Shown: positions 33,795 to 47,420 of the stretch, in pieces | Position numbering within the stretch: the first letter of the stretch is position 1 | Layout of the letters: every line of letters begins with the position of its first letter | NCBI GenBank assembly: GCA_013265495.1 | Contig: MU063891.1 | Coordinates: 3,184,960 to 3,248,959 of the forward strand | DNA from: Vicugna vicugna | Lineage: Eukaryota | Direction of reading: 5' to 3' | DNA: 64,000 bases | Notes under the pieces: model-generated | Database searches by the model: none | Told to the model about the DNA's origin: nothing | What the model saw: the letters and a program-made list of their open reading frames with translations, nothing else | Program-made: the position numbers and the translations under genes

Positions 33795-34122
33795 CCACCC
33801 CCAGCACCTCAGAATGTGACCGCATTGGGAGACAGGGTCTTTGGAGAGGTAATTGAGTTACAATAGGGTGGGCTCTAATCCAGTGTGACTGGTGTCTTTA
33901 TAGTAGAGGAGTTTCGGATGCAGATACAGAGGGAAGAGCATGTGAGGACAGAGGAAAGACAGCCAACTACAAGGCAAGGAGAGAGGTCTTAGGAGGAAAC
34001 CAGCCTGCTTACACTTTGATCTCAGACTTGCAGCCTTCAGAACTAGGAGGAAATAAACTTCTGGTGTTTTAAAAATACCCTTTCTATGGTATTTTGTTAC
34101 AACAGCCCTAGCATATTAATAA
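33795..34122 (+). mobile_element. MLT1B-like LTR abutting or interrupting the L1
   Basis: cacctcagaatgtgacc..agggtgggctctaatccagtgtgactggtgtc..cttgcagccttcagaact..ttgttacaacagccctagca. Confidence 0.8.
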
Positions 34123-35914
34123 AATCCCCTGGACTGTTTTTTTTTCTTTTTTGTACAGTATTGAGGTTAGACTTTTAAAATTCTTGTGGTGCTTCTGGAA
34201 ACAAATAAAAACAAGTCTATAAGCCTTAGACCTAACAGCCCAGTGCGCTGTTCAGTCTACCTGAGCTCGGAGTGAGGTCCCATGAGTTCAGGAGACTCCA
34301 CTTGGCCTTGAGGTGCTCATGTTCGGGCTGCAAAGACAAGGTTCCTTTTCATTCATTCTGTATCTGCTGCGGTTTGAATTAGTCGTGCTCAGAGCCAGAC
34401 TCTGATGGCATCACAGAAGTGAGAGGGGCACAGCCCCTGCCCTCAAGGAAAACAGGAGCAGCCAAGGAGCTGAGAACTCATTCATTCATTCATGGGACAA
34501 TTGTCAGTTCCTACCGGGCGCTGCGCCTTGAGGGACTAAGAAACACGCCAGGGAGTGGGTGACCAGGCTGACTATCCAGCCCTCTGAAACCCCTCCAGTC
34601 CCTTCGCTGTATCATCAGGAGGCTCCTGCCGTGTCCCAGGCACCCGCTGGGCGCTTCATGACTTTGCCATGTCTCCAGCAACTGGAAAGATATCTCAGGT
34701 CCAGAGTGCTTTATAGGAAACCTTGGTGCTGGATAGTTTCCAGCTTCAAGGTTTTCAGATGTTGGGAGGCCCGGACACCGTATACGATGTTCAGTCTACT
34801 GAACGGAACTGGGGAATGATATTCTGAGAAAGCGGACAGTGCACAGATGGCCTCATGTGAGCTCAGGGCCTGCCACCTGGGAGTTGTTTCTGGATCTCTG
34901 AGATTTGAGAACTTTCTAGTCTTTCTAGTTTCTAGTCTTTTTTGTTTCTCCATTTCACAGGTGAGGAAATAGAGATGCAGAGAAGTGAGTTGCCTGCCTG
35001 GCAACGGGGTGGGGAAGCCAGGCCTCCAACCTGGCTCTGATGGCTCTCTGCCTGTGTGCCAGGTCGTGGGCTTGTCCCAGATAAGGGACAGTAAGTATAG
35101 GACAGACCAGAGTGTCCTGCGAACTTTTCTTCCTGAAGTCAGAGACGCTGACTCAGGTGAGCAAGTGTTCAGAACTACCCCAGAGCAAACTCAGAGTCTC
35201 CCACCTCAGCCAGGTGATGGGCACCGCTTAGAAATTCTCCCGGGGGTCCCAGCCAGTCCTGTCCCCCATCCTCTGTGGCGATGATTTTGCCTTCCCCACG
35301 TGTGATGCTGATTACACCCCTTCTATCCCTGTACCCAAGCCCTTCTGGAATCTAGTCCCCTTCCTCTTGGGTCTAGTAGAATGTGGTGGCATTAAAAAGC
35401 CATGCCAGTTCTGAGCTCGGCCTGGAGTCTTTGCCAGGTCAGCTCTGTCCTGGCTCCTGCCTTGGCTGTGAGGACAAGCAGAGATGGCAGGGGCCAGCCA
35501 GCCTGCGTCCAAATGCCATGGTGCTGGTGGCCACCGCACCAGCGTTCGGAAGTTACCATCGTGAAGGCGCCTGGCTCCTCTGTAGACTTGTGAGCCATAA
35601 GCAGCGGTTGTGGCTTTATGCCACTAAGTTTTGGGGGATTTCTTCTGTCACAAGAGCTAACTGATGCACTGGTACTCAGGGGCCAGTCTGTCTCTCCTTC
35701 ATCCTCTCAGTGAAAACCCTGGCTTTCTGCCAAAGTAGGAAAAGCAAGCTCATCTTCCTCCCTGGTACCTGTTGCTTATAAATATATACATATTTATGCC
35801 TGAGCCCATTGCGTCTCCTTAGGGTGGGGACTGGAGTCTCCTCCCGCATGAGCCAGGCCCCTCCCTGAGCTCTGCGCCCCACTCCTGTCAGCCTCCCTGA
35901 CTGCATCCCCCAGG

Positions 35915-36360
35915 GTATCGGCTTCCTGGGGTGGCCAAAACAAAGCACCCTGACTGGGTGGCCTGAACAACAGAAATGTATGGTCTCTCAGTCCTGGAGG
36001 CCGGAAGTCCAAGATCAAGGTGTCAGCAGGGCGGGTTTCTCCTGAGGGCTGCAGGTAGAATCTGTTCTAGGCCTTTCCCCCAGGCTTCTCGTGGTTTGCT
36101 GGTGCTCCTCGGCTTGTTAGAAGCACCATCCTGATCTCTGTCTTCATCTGCACATGGTGTGTGTGTGTGTGTGTGTGTGTGTCCAAACTTGCTGTCAATA
36201 TCAGGACACCAATCACGTTGGATTGGGGGCCCATCCTAGTCCACTGTGACCTCATCTTAACTCACGACATCTATAATGATCCTATTTCCGAATAAGGTCA
36301 CATTCTGATATCAGAATGGTCCTACGTCAGGACTTGAATGTATGGATTTGAGGGGACATC
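35915..36360 (-). mobile_element. MLT1C-like solo LTR containing (GT)13 at 36157-36182
   Basis: aacaacagaaatgtatggtctctcagtcctggaggccggaagtccaagatcaaggtgtcagcaggg..gacctcatcttaact..ttccgaataaggtcacattctga. Confidence 0.85.
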
Positions 36361-36559
36361 TGTCCTTAGGATGCAGTGAGTGCAATGGTTGGGGACTTTG
36401 AGGTCAACACAGCCAGAGGCCTCTTGGCTTTGCCCTGCACCCAGCTCAGACGCAGGGCACTGAGACCTCCATGAAGTGGGCATATAAACACGAAGCACAC
36501 TGTATTATGTTCAGCCTGCTGGACAGGAGCTGGGCCTCCTGGGTCTCTCACCCTCCCAC

Positions 36560-36965
36560 ACCACTCTGGGTTTGGCCACATGGGCCATGGGCCATTAGCA
36601 AGCATGTTGCAGGCAGAGTCTTGATACACGCACACTTGTCCCACAGAGCTTGTCTTTTTTGGAGTGCTGGCTCTTTACACCCAGTGCCATGCTGTGAGGA
36701 AGCCGAGGCAGTCATGTGGAGAGGACACCTGGGTGAGAACCCACATGCTCTGGGTGGCAACCGCCGGGAGCTCCTAGCCGATGGTGAAAACTGACAGCCT
36801 GCTCTGTAGATGAGGCCATCCTAGACCTCCCCGTTGTCCCAGGACCCAGTCAAACTCAAGTGAGACAGAAGTATCTAATCAACTCACAGAGTCGTGAGAA
36901 AAATTAATTATTTTAAGCTACTAAGTGTTGGCATGATTCGCTCCCCAGCAATAGATAGCCAGAAC
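36560..36965 (+). mobile_element. Older MLT1 (F/H-like) LTR
   Basis: tgccatgctgtgaggaagccgaggcag..cacagagtcgtgagaaaa..ttttaagctactaagtgttgg..gcaatagatagccagaac. Confidence 0.6.
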
Positions 36966-39884
36966 CCCCATTTACAACTAAACTTCTCAAAAGAGCTGTC
37001 CTCGCCAGCTGTCTCCAGTTCACCCTACACTCCCATGTCCCATGTCTACCCTTTTCCTGTCACTCTACCAACATTGCTTGAATTGCGTCCCCTGAAAAAT
37101 CATATATTGAGGCTCTGACCTCAGAATGTTACTGCAGTTGGAGATGGGGCTTTTAAAATGATGATTAAGGTAAAATGAGTCCTCTTGTGGCCTCGGAGCC
37201 CAGCACAGTGCCTGATGCACAGAAAGCGCATAGGAAGGATCTGCGGAGGCTGATGAGGAAATGAGGTTTTGACAATGAGGAGTGAGCAGAAAGAGCAGGG
37301 TGGAGGGGTGAGGATGAGTGATGGTTGAGGTTTGCGCAGGTGCCCTGGGGACAGAGGGGTGCCCTGCTGCCTTCTCTCGAGCCTCTCCCTCCTCCCCACT
37401 GTCCCCACTCCACACCTCTTTTTCTCACCCTTCCAGAATCCTGGTAGGAAGCCCAGAGCTTTCCACCGTGGGCTTACAGCACCCAAACCTCCCCCCACAC
37501 CAATGGTTTGGTCATTGTTCTCACAACCATGTCAGTATCGAACAAACAGATGTTTATAGTTAATCCCTAATTTTGCCATCAAAAAATATACAATCCTGGG
37601 TAGAAACCGAAGAGGAAAGAATTTTTTAATTTACAACGTCTCCCCATCGCCCCACTCCTGAAATTTGAAATTGCTGAACAGCCTCCAAATTCAATATTCA
37701 AAGTCAAACAAATCTATGTGTTCTCCAAAAGGAAGTATTGAATGTCTGACCAAGATGGAGCGGCCGGAGCAGGGCCGGAGCCGGGCGAGAGGAGCGCCCT
37801 GCGCGGTGGGCGGCGCTTCCCGGGCCGCCTCTTTTCCGGTGTGTGTTCGCTCCTTCCTCTGGTCGAGTTTTAATGAAAGAAATACCTCTGTGGCTTGGCC
37901 TTCATCGGAGGAGCTGGCTGCGGGTCTCAGATGACGGTCAGATGAACCAGACCCTGGCTCATCAGTGCCCGCCCCCTGCCGTCAGGGGCTGGGCTTGGGG
38001 CCGGGCCCTCCCCGGGGCGAGGACAGAGCCGGAGGGGACTCATGGCAGGGCTGCGATGGATCAGCTCCTCTGGCGGGGGACCCCGATTTCAAGGGGTGTC
38101 AAGATGCCAGAGGAGACCCTGGATCTGGGCCTTTGGGAGAAGCAGGTGGTCACCCCGCGGAGCCTGGGCCAGCAGTGTGACAGGCCTGGGGACAGGGCTG
38201 AGGTTGGGGGCATGCTTTGCGGAGGGTAGGAGGGGCTGTGGTCCTCACTGCTCTTACTAATGTGGGCTCAGAGGATGGCATGCCTGGGAGGGAGCTGATA
38301 TCCTAGACCCTCCCTGGAGCCTTCCCCGCGCCTCAGCTGGATATGCCTGGTTCCCGCTCTTGTCCCAAGGTCCTCTCCTTGGAATTCCTGGGCACACCGT
38401 TCCCCAGGGTCACTCTCCCACTGAAGCTCGTAGGTGACGGTGTTCCCCTCATAGTGAGCCTTGGAGAAGATGGGGCAGCCTCTGCTTTACAGATGGGGAA
38501 GCTGAAATGAAGCAACCTTCCACGCTGGCCCAGACACTGCTGGTCGCGAGTGACAGAAACCAACCCTCAAGCGTAGGAACACAGAAAGGGATTTGCCAGC
38601 TCACATCACTGAGAAGCCCAGGGGCTAAGGGGATCCAGGGACGGGAACAAATGCCTTTAGCAAGGCGTCTCCCCCAGCCCTTCACTCTGGCCCCCCGTGG
38701 TGGCGGGGCAAGCTGGTGGCGGGCTCCAGGCAGAGCTCCCAGCCTGTCGACCACTGCACAGAGGAGATTGTCTGTTTCAGTAAAGGTGACATCGCCTCTC
38801 TCGGAGTCCTGTGCTGGTTCATGTAACAATCACCATGGAGGGAGGGGCCTAGGCTACATCCTCATCTTGCATCCCAGGGTCTGGCTAGCCCCTCAGACCA
38901 CAAGGATAGAGGGTGAGGTCCCCAAGGAAAGTCAGAGGATGTGTTTGGAGAAGGATAGGGGAAGGGAGGGGCTGCTGACAAGTTTCACTACAGCCACCAA
39001 ACCTCACTGCTCACCACGGGGGCATCAGGTTCAAATGTGAGCCCCAGGTGGGGCGTCACTGCCGGGAGAGCATCCCAGGGTCCATTCTGTTCTGTCCCTC
39101 CTTGCCACCTTTCCTGCATGACAAGCCAGCCTTCCCTGTGGGGTTCACCAGGTTGGAATGGAGGAGTGATCAGAAAGATCCCCTGAGGAATTCACAGTGC
39201 TCACGCAAGGTCACCGGGCACAGCCCAGCACAGTCTTGCACGGGGAGACACCATTGTGATCCCATCAGAAGATGGTTGTCAGCTGTAGCAGCCGAGATTT
39301 GCTGACAAAATATTTTTTTTGGAGTCCTGAGGTTGCTGCTCATTTATGTGAGTTCCACTCAACAGATACTTGCCGGGCCATTGCTGGAGGCAGGATGTGA
39401 GCTGGGATGGGGATGCAGTGAGGAAGGGGCAGCTCTGGCCCGTGGAAGCTCGTGTCTCTTCCTGTATTCCAAAGACTTCAGGGGGGTGGAGCAGACCAGG
39501 CTATGCCTTGGGCTGAATGTGTAAAGCCTTTACACCTTCCTTTCTACAAACACAAAGTTCTCCAATCAGTCTTTACTGAGCATCATGACAAGTGCCTGGC
39601 AATCAGACCCCGGTCCTGTAAAGTTTGCAATCACTGGACATCCTCATGAGTGGAAGCTCCTGGATTTCCAAGCTGAGCTCTGCTCCGAGATCTCTCTTCC
39701 GTATGGGGGCCTCACTTCACTCTTTCTGCCGTCACCCTCCCGGCTTCAGGGTACCCCCCTGTTGGCATTCCCAGGATGGGCGTACAAGCATCTCATCCTG
39801 TGTGGAACACTTTAGAAAAGACCAGAGCATTCAAACATAGCCTTTCTGAAGGCTGGGGCAACACTGGCCAGTAGAGCTTCCTTT

Positions 39885-40213
39885 TTCTTTTTCTTTATTT
39901 TTTGTGTGTATATATTTTTATTGAAGTATAGTCAGTTTACAATGTTGTGTCAATTTCTAGTGTACAGCACGATGCTTCAGTCTTACATGAATATACATAT
40001 ATTCATTTTCATATTCTTTTTCACCATAAATTACAACAAGATGTTGAATATAGTTCCCTGTGCTATACAGCATGAACTTGTTTATCTATTATATATATAT
40101 TAGTCAGTATCTGCAAATCTCGAACTCCAAATTTATCCCTTCCCACCCCTTTCCCCCCGGTAACCATAAATTTGTTTTCTATGTTTGTGAGTCTGTTTCT
40201 GTTTTGTAAATAA
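39885..40213 (-). mobile_element. Lineage-specific (artiodactyl/camelid) L1 3' UTR, running into a gap
   Basis: ttttattgaagtatagtcagtttacaatgttgtgtcaatttctagtgtacagc..ttccctgtgctatacagc..ggtaaccataaatttgttttctatgtttgtgagtctgtttctgttttgtaaataa. Confidence 0.85.
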
Positions 40214-40678
40214 NNNNNNNNNNNNNNNNNNNNNNNNNNNNNNNNNNNNNNNNNNNNNNNNNNNNNNNNNNNNNNNNNNNNNNNNNNNNNNNNNNNNNNN
40301 NNNNNNNNNNNNNNNNNNNNNNNNNNNNNNNNNNNNNNNNNNNNNNNNNNNNNNNNNNNNNNNNNNNNNNNNNNNNNNNNNNNNNNNNNNNNNNNNNNNN
40401 NNNNNNNNNNNNNNNNNNNNNNNNNNNNNNNNNNNNNNNNNNNNNNNNNNNNNNNNNNNNNNNNNNNNNNNNNNNNNNNNNNNNNNNTTTTTGANNNNNN
40501 NNNNNNNNNNNNNNNNNNNNNNNNNNNNNNNNNNNNNNNNNNNNNNNNNNNNNNNNNNNNNNNNNNNNNNNNNNNNNNNNNNNNNNNNNNNNNNNNNNNN
40601 NNNNNNNNNNNNNNNNNNNNNNNNNNNNNNNNNNNNNNNNNNNNNNNNNNNNNNNNNNNNNNNNNNNNNNNNNNNNNN
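40214..40678. other. Assembly gap with a 7-nt island (40488-40494)
   Basis: Two N runs. Confidence 1.
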
Positions 40679-41109
40679 ACTTTTGAATGATGGAATTTTC
40701 TTCAGTGACGAAATGTGGCTGGTGCCACAGACCCAATTCCGGTGACTCTGACCTTGGCCCGGCACTCCCTGGCACAGTGAGGGGGAGGGGCATGGGCCAC
40801 AGGCCAGCTCCTGCCTCTTTCCAGGCACCACCCTGGGGGCTTATCAGCCTGCAGAATTTGTGGGCCAGGGGTCAGCATGGTCATTTTGAAAAATAAATGA
40901 TATAAATGTACACTTAAGTGATGTATGTAAAGTATTAAGAACAACAGCAACTACGTTACTATTACTCACACTCTTGAGGACTTGTAGCCTCTGTGTCTGT
41001 TCGGGAAGCGCTGCAGGACGGCCACCTTCCTTCCCAGGGCAGCCACAGACGCTGTGGAAAACTGAATGCTACGGAGTAAGGCTGCGTTGACGGATCTGCA
41101 GATCCTCCA

Positions 41110-41190
41110 AGTGAAAGTTCTGCAAACTTTTCTGTAAGGGTCATATTTTAGGCTTTGCTGGCCGTCTATGGTCACTGCTGCTCTGCCCCT
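41110..41190 (-). mobile_element. MER58A-like fragment
   Basis: gcaaacttttctgtaagggtcatattttaggctttgctggcc. Confidence 0.45.
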
Positions 41191-42890
41191 CCTCCCCTCC
41201 TTCCTCCTCCCTCTCCCTCTCCTGGCCAGGGACTTGAACCTGTGTCAGGCACTCCAAGCCCACGGCTGCCCACCCCACCTCCGGTGTCCATCCCTCATGC
41301 GCGTTTGACCAGAGGTCACGTGTCAGGTGCAGGCACTTAGTGGAATTCTTGAGGCTGCCGCAAGTGTGGGAGATGAGGCTGGTGATGGGCCTGAGGCCGG
41401 CTTGGAGGTCTGTGTGTGACCCTGCGGTGTAGGGACATGGGCAGACTTCCTGTTTAGAAAGACAGTGGTAGCGCTGAGTGGCTGAAGGTGGTGATGACAG
41501 GTGAGAGCTTGCTGCCCGGAGCCCAGGAGAGGCCTCCCCCCAGGGGCTGGGTGTGAGGAACCCCCGCTCCTGGCTCTGCTCCCTGCGGGCTGCTGGGGGC
41601 TGGGTGGGGGTTAGAAGCCCCTGTGGTTCTCTTGTTGGCACCCACCATGTGCAGCGATGGCTCAGGGGATGAGGACCTCGAGGGCACCTTGCGTGTAAGG
41701 GCAGAGCGGCAACCATCTGTCTTCACCCAGCTCGACCGCATCCATCCATCCCCCACGGGCCCAGGGGCCCAGCAGGAGCCAGGATGTCCATCCGATTCTA
41801 GTCTGGGTCCCTCATGTACAAAGATGGACCGAGGCACTTCCTAAGGCCCCGTGTCCACCCTCAGCAGCCCGTGCCCCCCACCAATATCTGTCCCCCCAAC
41901 ACCCCTCACCTCATCACTGGTCCCTTGTCCCCTGTCGTGTCCGGGCAAGGGCCATTCCTCGCCACCACATGCACCGGATGGGCCTAATTACCATGAAACC
42001 TAATTCTTCCAGGCTGCGTGCTCCGGTCAGTGGGGACTGCTGTGTGTTTTCCTTGGCTGTCTTCTGACAACAGGATTGGGGGAAAGAAAAGCAATGTGGG
42101 GAGGACTGTGGACTGTGAGGGCTCTAGCCCGCCGCTCCACTCAGCAGAGTGGAGCTCTGGTTTCCGGGGCCGGACCATCCTCTGCTGTGGGGTTACCTGG
42201 GGCCCTGTGGGGTTGCCTCTGCCCACAGGGCAGAGGCCAGCAACACCCCCTACCCCAGTCGTGATGTTGTCAGATGGACTGAGGGGCTGGGGAGAGACAG
42301 ACCAGAGGGATGGTGGCATATGCCAAAGGACTAGGTAGCTCAGAGCAGAGAGGATGACCTCTCACGTGGCGGGGGAAACTGGCCAGGAGGGAGGTGTGGG
42401 CAGAGAGCTGGGGGGGGAGTGGGTGGGTCTGGGGAGGGGAGGGGGAAGTGGGAGGTGGCAAGGAAACTGAGCCCAGCCTGTCTGGTTGTTGGGGGTCTCC
42501 CCAGGGTGGGTGAGTACAGCCCAGAGCCAACAGTGGCTGGGCACGAACAGAACCACGGCACCTTCTAACCTAAAGATGGGAGAAAGAAAGGAAGCATGTC
42601 TCCCAAGGGAGGCTGGGGTTCTGTGTCTGCGTCACCGTCACACAGGTCCAGGGGGTGAGATTTCCACATCTTGAAGGATGAGGGGCTATGTTCCTCTGCT
42701 TTGCGGATGACCCAGCCCAGGGCCACGGTGCAAGCTTCCCAAGGGGTTTGCGGTGATGCTGCAAGGTGGGAGGGTCCCCCGAGGCCAGGCACACTTGAGA
42801 CAGCACCCCCTGCTGGGTCAGCACCGTCAGAGCAGCCCCAGGGGCAGGTGTGCGCACGAGCCTCCTCCATACCGAGGGGAAACCAAGGCA

Positions 42891-42926
42891 CAGAGTGACA
42901 ATAACTCACCCAGAGTGACAATAACT
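42891..42926. repeat. 20-bp-period tandem duplication (cagagtgacaataact x2) in a MIR-like remnant
   Basis: Read directly from the sequence. Confidence 0.9.
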
Positions 42927-43871
42927 TGCTGCTTGAAAATGGCGGGAGCAGGGTGGGCAAACAATTTCTACCTAAGTAAGCCTACATACGGGGTCTCCAA
43001 ATTCCTTTCCTGACGGCCTGCTGGGGAAAAGGAATTTGGAGCCAAGTGCTGTAGGTGAGGGTGTCCACCAGGGCACAGAACTGATCTGGACTTTTGAAAG
43101 TTCAGGGGGAGGTGAGGCCAGGGAGCAGTTAGCTCCGTGGAGCAGGGGTTGGGGCCAGGGCTGTGCATGGGAGGTGAGACGAGGTCCACGCAGAGGCTTC
43201 TGGAAGATGAGGGTGGAGTGGCGACAAGAAGCCTGGGCCCTGGTGCCGGTGGTGTAGGTCTCTCTGTGCCACCTGTCACAGGGGAGGAGGGTGACCGAGA
43301 CGTCACCAGATGTCATCATGGGTCCACAGCTGTGGAATCCTCCCTGCTAAGGACCCAGGTCCCAGGAACTGTTGTGTGAACGCTGTTCCCAGAATCCAGC
43401 CCTCTGGGGCCTCCGTTTCCTGGAGGGCGAAAGCCATCGGCTCCTCTGACAAACCAGGCGGTTAAGGTCGGAAAGTGTGCGGTGTTCTGGCTCCAGGGCT
43501 GTGCCGCCCTTAGCGGTCCTTTCCGTGGAGCTGGGCAGACATCCTTGGCTGCCTGCCTACTTTCTGGGGGCCCAGCCTGGGCTCAGGGTCGGCAGCCCAG
43601 AGAGCAGAGGCTTCTGGTGCTTTGTGGCACAGCCCAGAGCATCTCCCAGCGTCGCCCATCCACACAAAGCGTTCCCCGGCTCCCATCCCAGCGCACTCAG
43701 AGGCCCAGCCCTGTCGTGCTGGGGCAGCGGCTGGAAGCCAAACCTCCCCACTGGACACCTGCACTGGCTTCTGCCTCTGCCCTCAGGGGGTTTCTCTTGA
43801 GGTTTCCTCTCCCTGGGGAGATTCCAGTGCACTCTGGGCACTGTATTACATTGCTCTCTGGGCAATTACAG

Positions 43872-44060
43872 TGCACACTCACACGTGCGTCTCATATACA
43901 CATGAGTGCACTTTCACATGCACACGAACTCACACACTAGCACACAATTCTAACATGCATACGCTCACGTACACTTGCACATACTTACACACATATACAC
44001 ACCTATTCTCTCTCTCTCACACACACTCACTCTCGCACACCCTCTGGCACACACAAGTGC
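43872..44060. repeat. Degenerate (CA)n-rich simple repeat
   Basis: About 190 bp of interrupted CA/CT dinucleotides. Confidence 0.85.
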
Positions 44061-46744
44061 ACTTCAGAGCCTACAGCAGGAGGGCTGTCACGTGGAGGAG
44101 ACCACGGGCTCTGAGATTAAAGTCTGCTCACGTTTGCCCAGCAGAGGTCTCACTTCCTCGCCAGTATCAGCATCAGAAGGCGGAGCGGGTAGCTGACCAG
44201 TCCAGGAGGTCTGCCTGCAGGTGCAGCTGGCTCCAGCAGCTCCACCACGTCCTTCTCTGCTGGCTTCCTTCTCAGGGTCTCCCCGCTGTGGAACCAGACT
44301 TAGTGCAGGCACCCAGGGAAGCTTCGAGTCCCACGGTGGTCAGAGGGCAGCACTTTTCCTACTGGGCTCCAGCCAACGTTCCCAGACACAAGCCAGCAAG
44401 ACACTTGGGTGGATGGGAGTACATGTGCACCTCTGTACCAGCATGGGGGCTGACCTGCCAGAGCCATATGAACTGAGCAGGGGGCCCGACCCTAAGGGAA
44501 ACTGGGAGTTAGTCCCAGAAAAGGAGGACAGAACACCAGAGCACCGATCTGTGGGGATCGTGTTCTCTGTGCTGTGCGCCCTGCAGAGTGGCCAGTGAAA
44601 CCACAGACAGGAAAATCCCCGGCAAACTGTAGAGTGCCAGCCCCGTGGTTGTGTTGTAAGGCAGTGGCCGGGAGATTCTGCAGTAACCACCATCCTGGTG
44701 GGAATAGCCTTGTGTGTCCCTGCATCTTTTCTTTATGTCCCCATCTCCTGGCAGGAGGCATGCAAGGCTGATGGGCCGAGCCTTTCCAGAGAGATGCACG
44801 CTGTCACCCATTCTGCAAAAGAGACAACTGAGGCTTAGAGGGGTAGAGTGCCTTGTCTACAGCCACTGAGCTGGGCAACGAGAGCCATGGTGAGCCATGG
44901 GGGGTCTTGATGGGGAACACCGTGAGCTAGGATGGAGGATGAAGGAGGGGGTGGGTGTAGAGGAGACCAGGAGAGCAGCATGGAGGCTCTGGATGTGCAG
45001 AGAGAGGGAGCTGGGCCGGTGGTGGGCGGGGCCTGGGTGGGGGGCCCTGCCGCACCCAGCGGGTGTGGGCCACCCTCAGAGTCTCCATACTGAGTGAGCA
45101 CAGATCTGGTCTGCCGGCCGGAAGTGGTGGCGAGGACCTGCAGCAGCTCGCCTGCAGGTGGGTGACCCAGCCCTGCCCTCCAGTCCTGAAGCGACCGTTT
45201 CCTCACAGATCTGGTCCAATCTCCCTGGTGTGGGAGCTGGCACTAGTTTATTGGCTGCCCCCAGTGCCCCACCATGGTTTGTGAAAGTCCTTTGCGTAAC
45301 GTAGAGCAAGAAATGGAAATCCTTTCTTCAGATGGGGACAGGGGGTCCCTCTAGCTGTCATGTAGGTGACAACCCCTCTCAGCTTGTGAGATGGTACTGT
45401 TCTTTTTGTGTAGCCTGACTGTGTCTTTGTTTAGCTATCAATTCTGCATTTCAGTATGTAGTCAACTAAGAGCATTAGATCATTTTCGCAGGCGCCCTTG
45501 ATACCCTATGGAATAAACTCCGTGGTTGCTGAGAGTGGGGCTCTGGTCCTTCACACTGGGGTGGTTCTGCCCCTAATCCTGACACTAGCCAAGGCTTGGC
45601 CCTATCTGTGTTCTCCAAAGCTGCCTTTGTCCCTGGAGATTTGAGGTGTTTCCTCCCAACCACCACCATCACTGTTTTAGGGTCTGAAATGTCCCCATGC
45701 TTTTGGTTTCTTCTTTGGAAGTCCCTATTAAAAATGTGAACATTCTCTGAGCAGGAGATGGGCCTGGATTAGGTCAGTTTTTCCCAAACTCCAGCCCTGT
45801 GGGCGTCACAGGCTGCAGGCTGCAGGATCTTATGCATGTAACATCATTCTTGCAGCGGGCCCGCCCTTGTTGTTTGCACTGTGCGTGTCCAAAGAGACTG
45901 TAGCGCACAGTGATGCTTGCGTGCTGCTTACGTTTCTCTAACACATGATCTCAGTGTGTTGCCTTCACCGCCTCCGCCCGCCGTCCACGGTGTTCCGCAC
46001 GGGCCCTGTGAGGGAGGGCTGTGGTTGACCCCTTTCTTAGTCTCAACGCTTTACCCTGCTTTGCAATTCCTCCTAGAAAGAGGGGGGTACTTGGGCCCGT
46101 GGAATTGAGCCGAGGTGCTGGGCAGGTGGGCCTGTTTGGGGCATAAGCCCTGAAAGTGCATGTTCCCTCGTATGGTGACATCATAGCAGGATGAATGTGC
46201 CCCGCTGGCCAGGCACATGCCTGCTGGTCCAGGAGATGAGGCGGCAGCCACATGGCCGCCAGGCCACAGGCACATGGGGTAAACCCCTGCTTGGTCGTAT
46301 GAGCTCCTGTGCCCCAGCTGTGACCCACACAGGGCGAGGGCCAGGCCTCAGGTCCTGAGTGGCTCTGCCTAGGGATGAGCTAAAAAGGGACACGCAGAGC
46401 CACACCCATGGCGGGCCGCCCCAGTGCGCATGTCCCTTGTGGAGGGTGATGCTGGAGGTGGGACCCCTGAGGTCCAGCCCCACCTTGGCCACCGACTTGC
46501 TAGAGGTTTTGAACCTAATCTCACCTTCTCTGGCTCAGCTTTCCCACCCACAGAACAAGGAGGCTGGACTTGTCTCTGACGTAGGGGTCACCCTGATCCA
46601 CTCTCTCTCCTTCCAGCAGCCTCTAGTCCACCTGACTACATGTGACACCTCTGGGTGGTGCCCCAGCACCACACAGCAGAAAGTGGCTCCTGGTGATAGG
46701 TTTAATTATGGCCCTACGCTTGAGCTGTCTCCAAAGAACTGCAT

Positions 46745-46960
46745 TATCAACTTCCACCAAGGCAGCCTGTGTGCCAGGCGCAGAGCTGCATTACTTCATG
46801 TGGACTGCAGCCCTCCGTAGTTGAAGCAGCCCTGAGACAAGTTCCGTGTGGTCCCATTGTATAGATGGAAAGACTGAGTCCAGAGTGGGTAGGTGACTCA
46901 CCAAAGCTCGAGCCAGGGAGGTGAGGCCTGTCCTGTCCCAAAGTCTTTGCCCTTAATCAC
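46745..46960 (-). mobile_element. MIR remnant
   Basis: tgtgtgccaggcgc..cccattgtatagatggaaagactgagtccagag..ggtgactcacc. Confidence 0.5.
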
Positions 46961-47039
46961 CCCCCACCACCCGCCTGGGCTATCTGGGGCGTGGTAGGCG
47001 AGTTCTAAACCCTCAGTGGCCCTGTATGAGCCTCCTCAG

Positions 47040-47420
47040 GGACCTAAACGACAGAAGTGTGTTCTCCCACTGTTCTGGAGATCAGAAGTCTGAGATCCAG
47101 GTGTTGCATGGTTGGTTCCTTCCTCGGCAGTGAGGGAGAATCTGGACCGGGGGTGTCCCCTACCCTTCATGCTTTGCTGGCAATCTTCGGCCATCCCCGG
47201 CTTGCAGGGGGCGTCACCCCAATCTCTGCCTTTGTATTCACGTGGAGTTCTCCCTGTGTGTCTGTGTTCAGTCTTTCCCTTTTTATAAGGACACAAGCCA
47301 TACTTCTGCATGACTGCATCTTAACTAATTACCTCTGCAATATCTCTAGTTCCAAATAAAACCACATTCTGAGGTCCTTCAGTATATGAATTTTGGGGGT
47401 GCACAATTCAGCCCCTAACA
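47040..47420 (-). mobile_element. MLT1C-like solo LTR
   Basis: acgacagaagtgtgttctcccactgttctggagatcagaagtctgagatc..tttttataaggacac..cacattctgagg..cacaattcagcccctaaca. Confidence 0.8.

Noticed and set aside
40133-40831. ORFs spanning N runs (also 25453-26214, 48839-49684, 50902-51335)
   Set aside because: They are open only because N codons hide stops.
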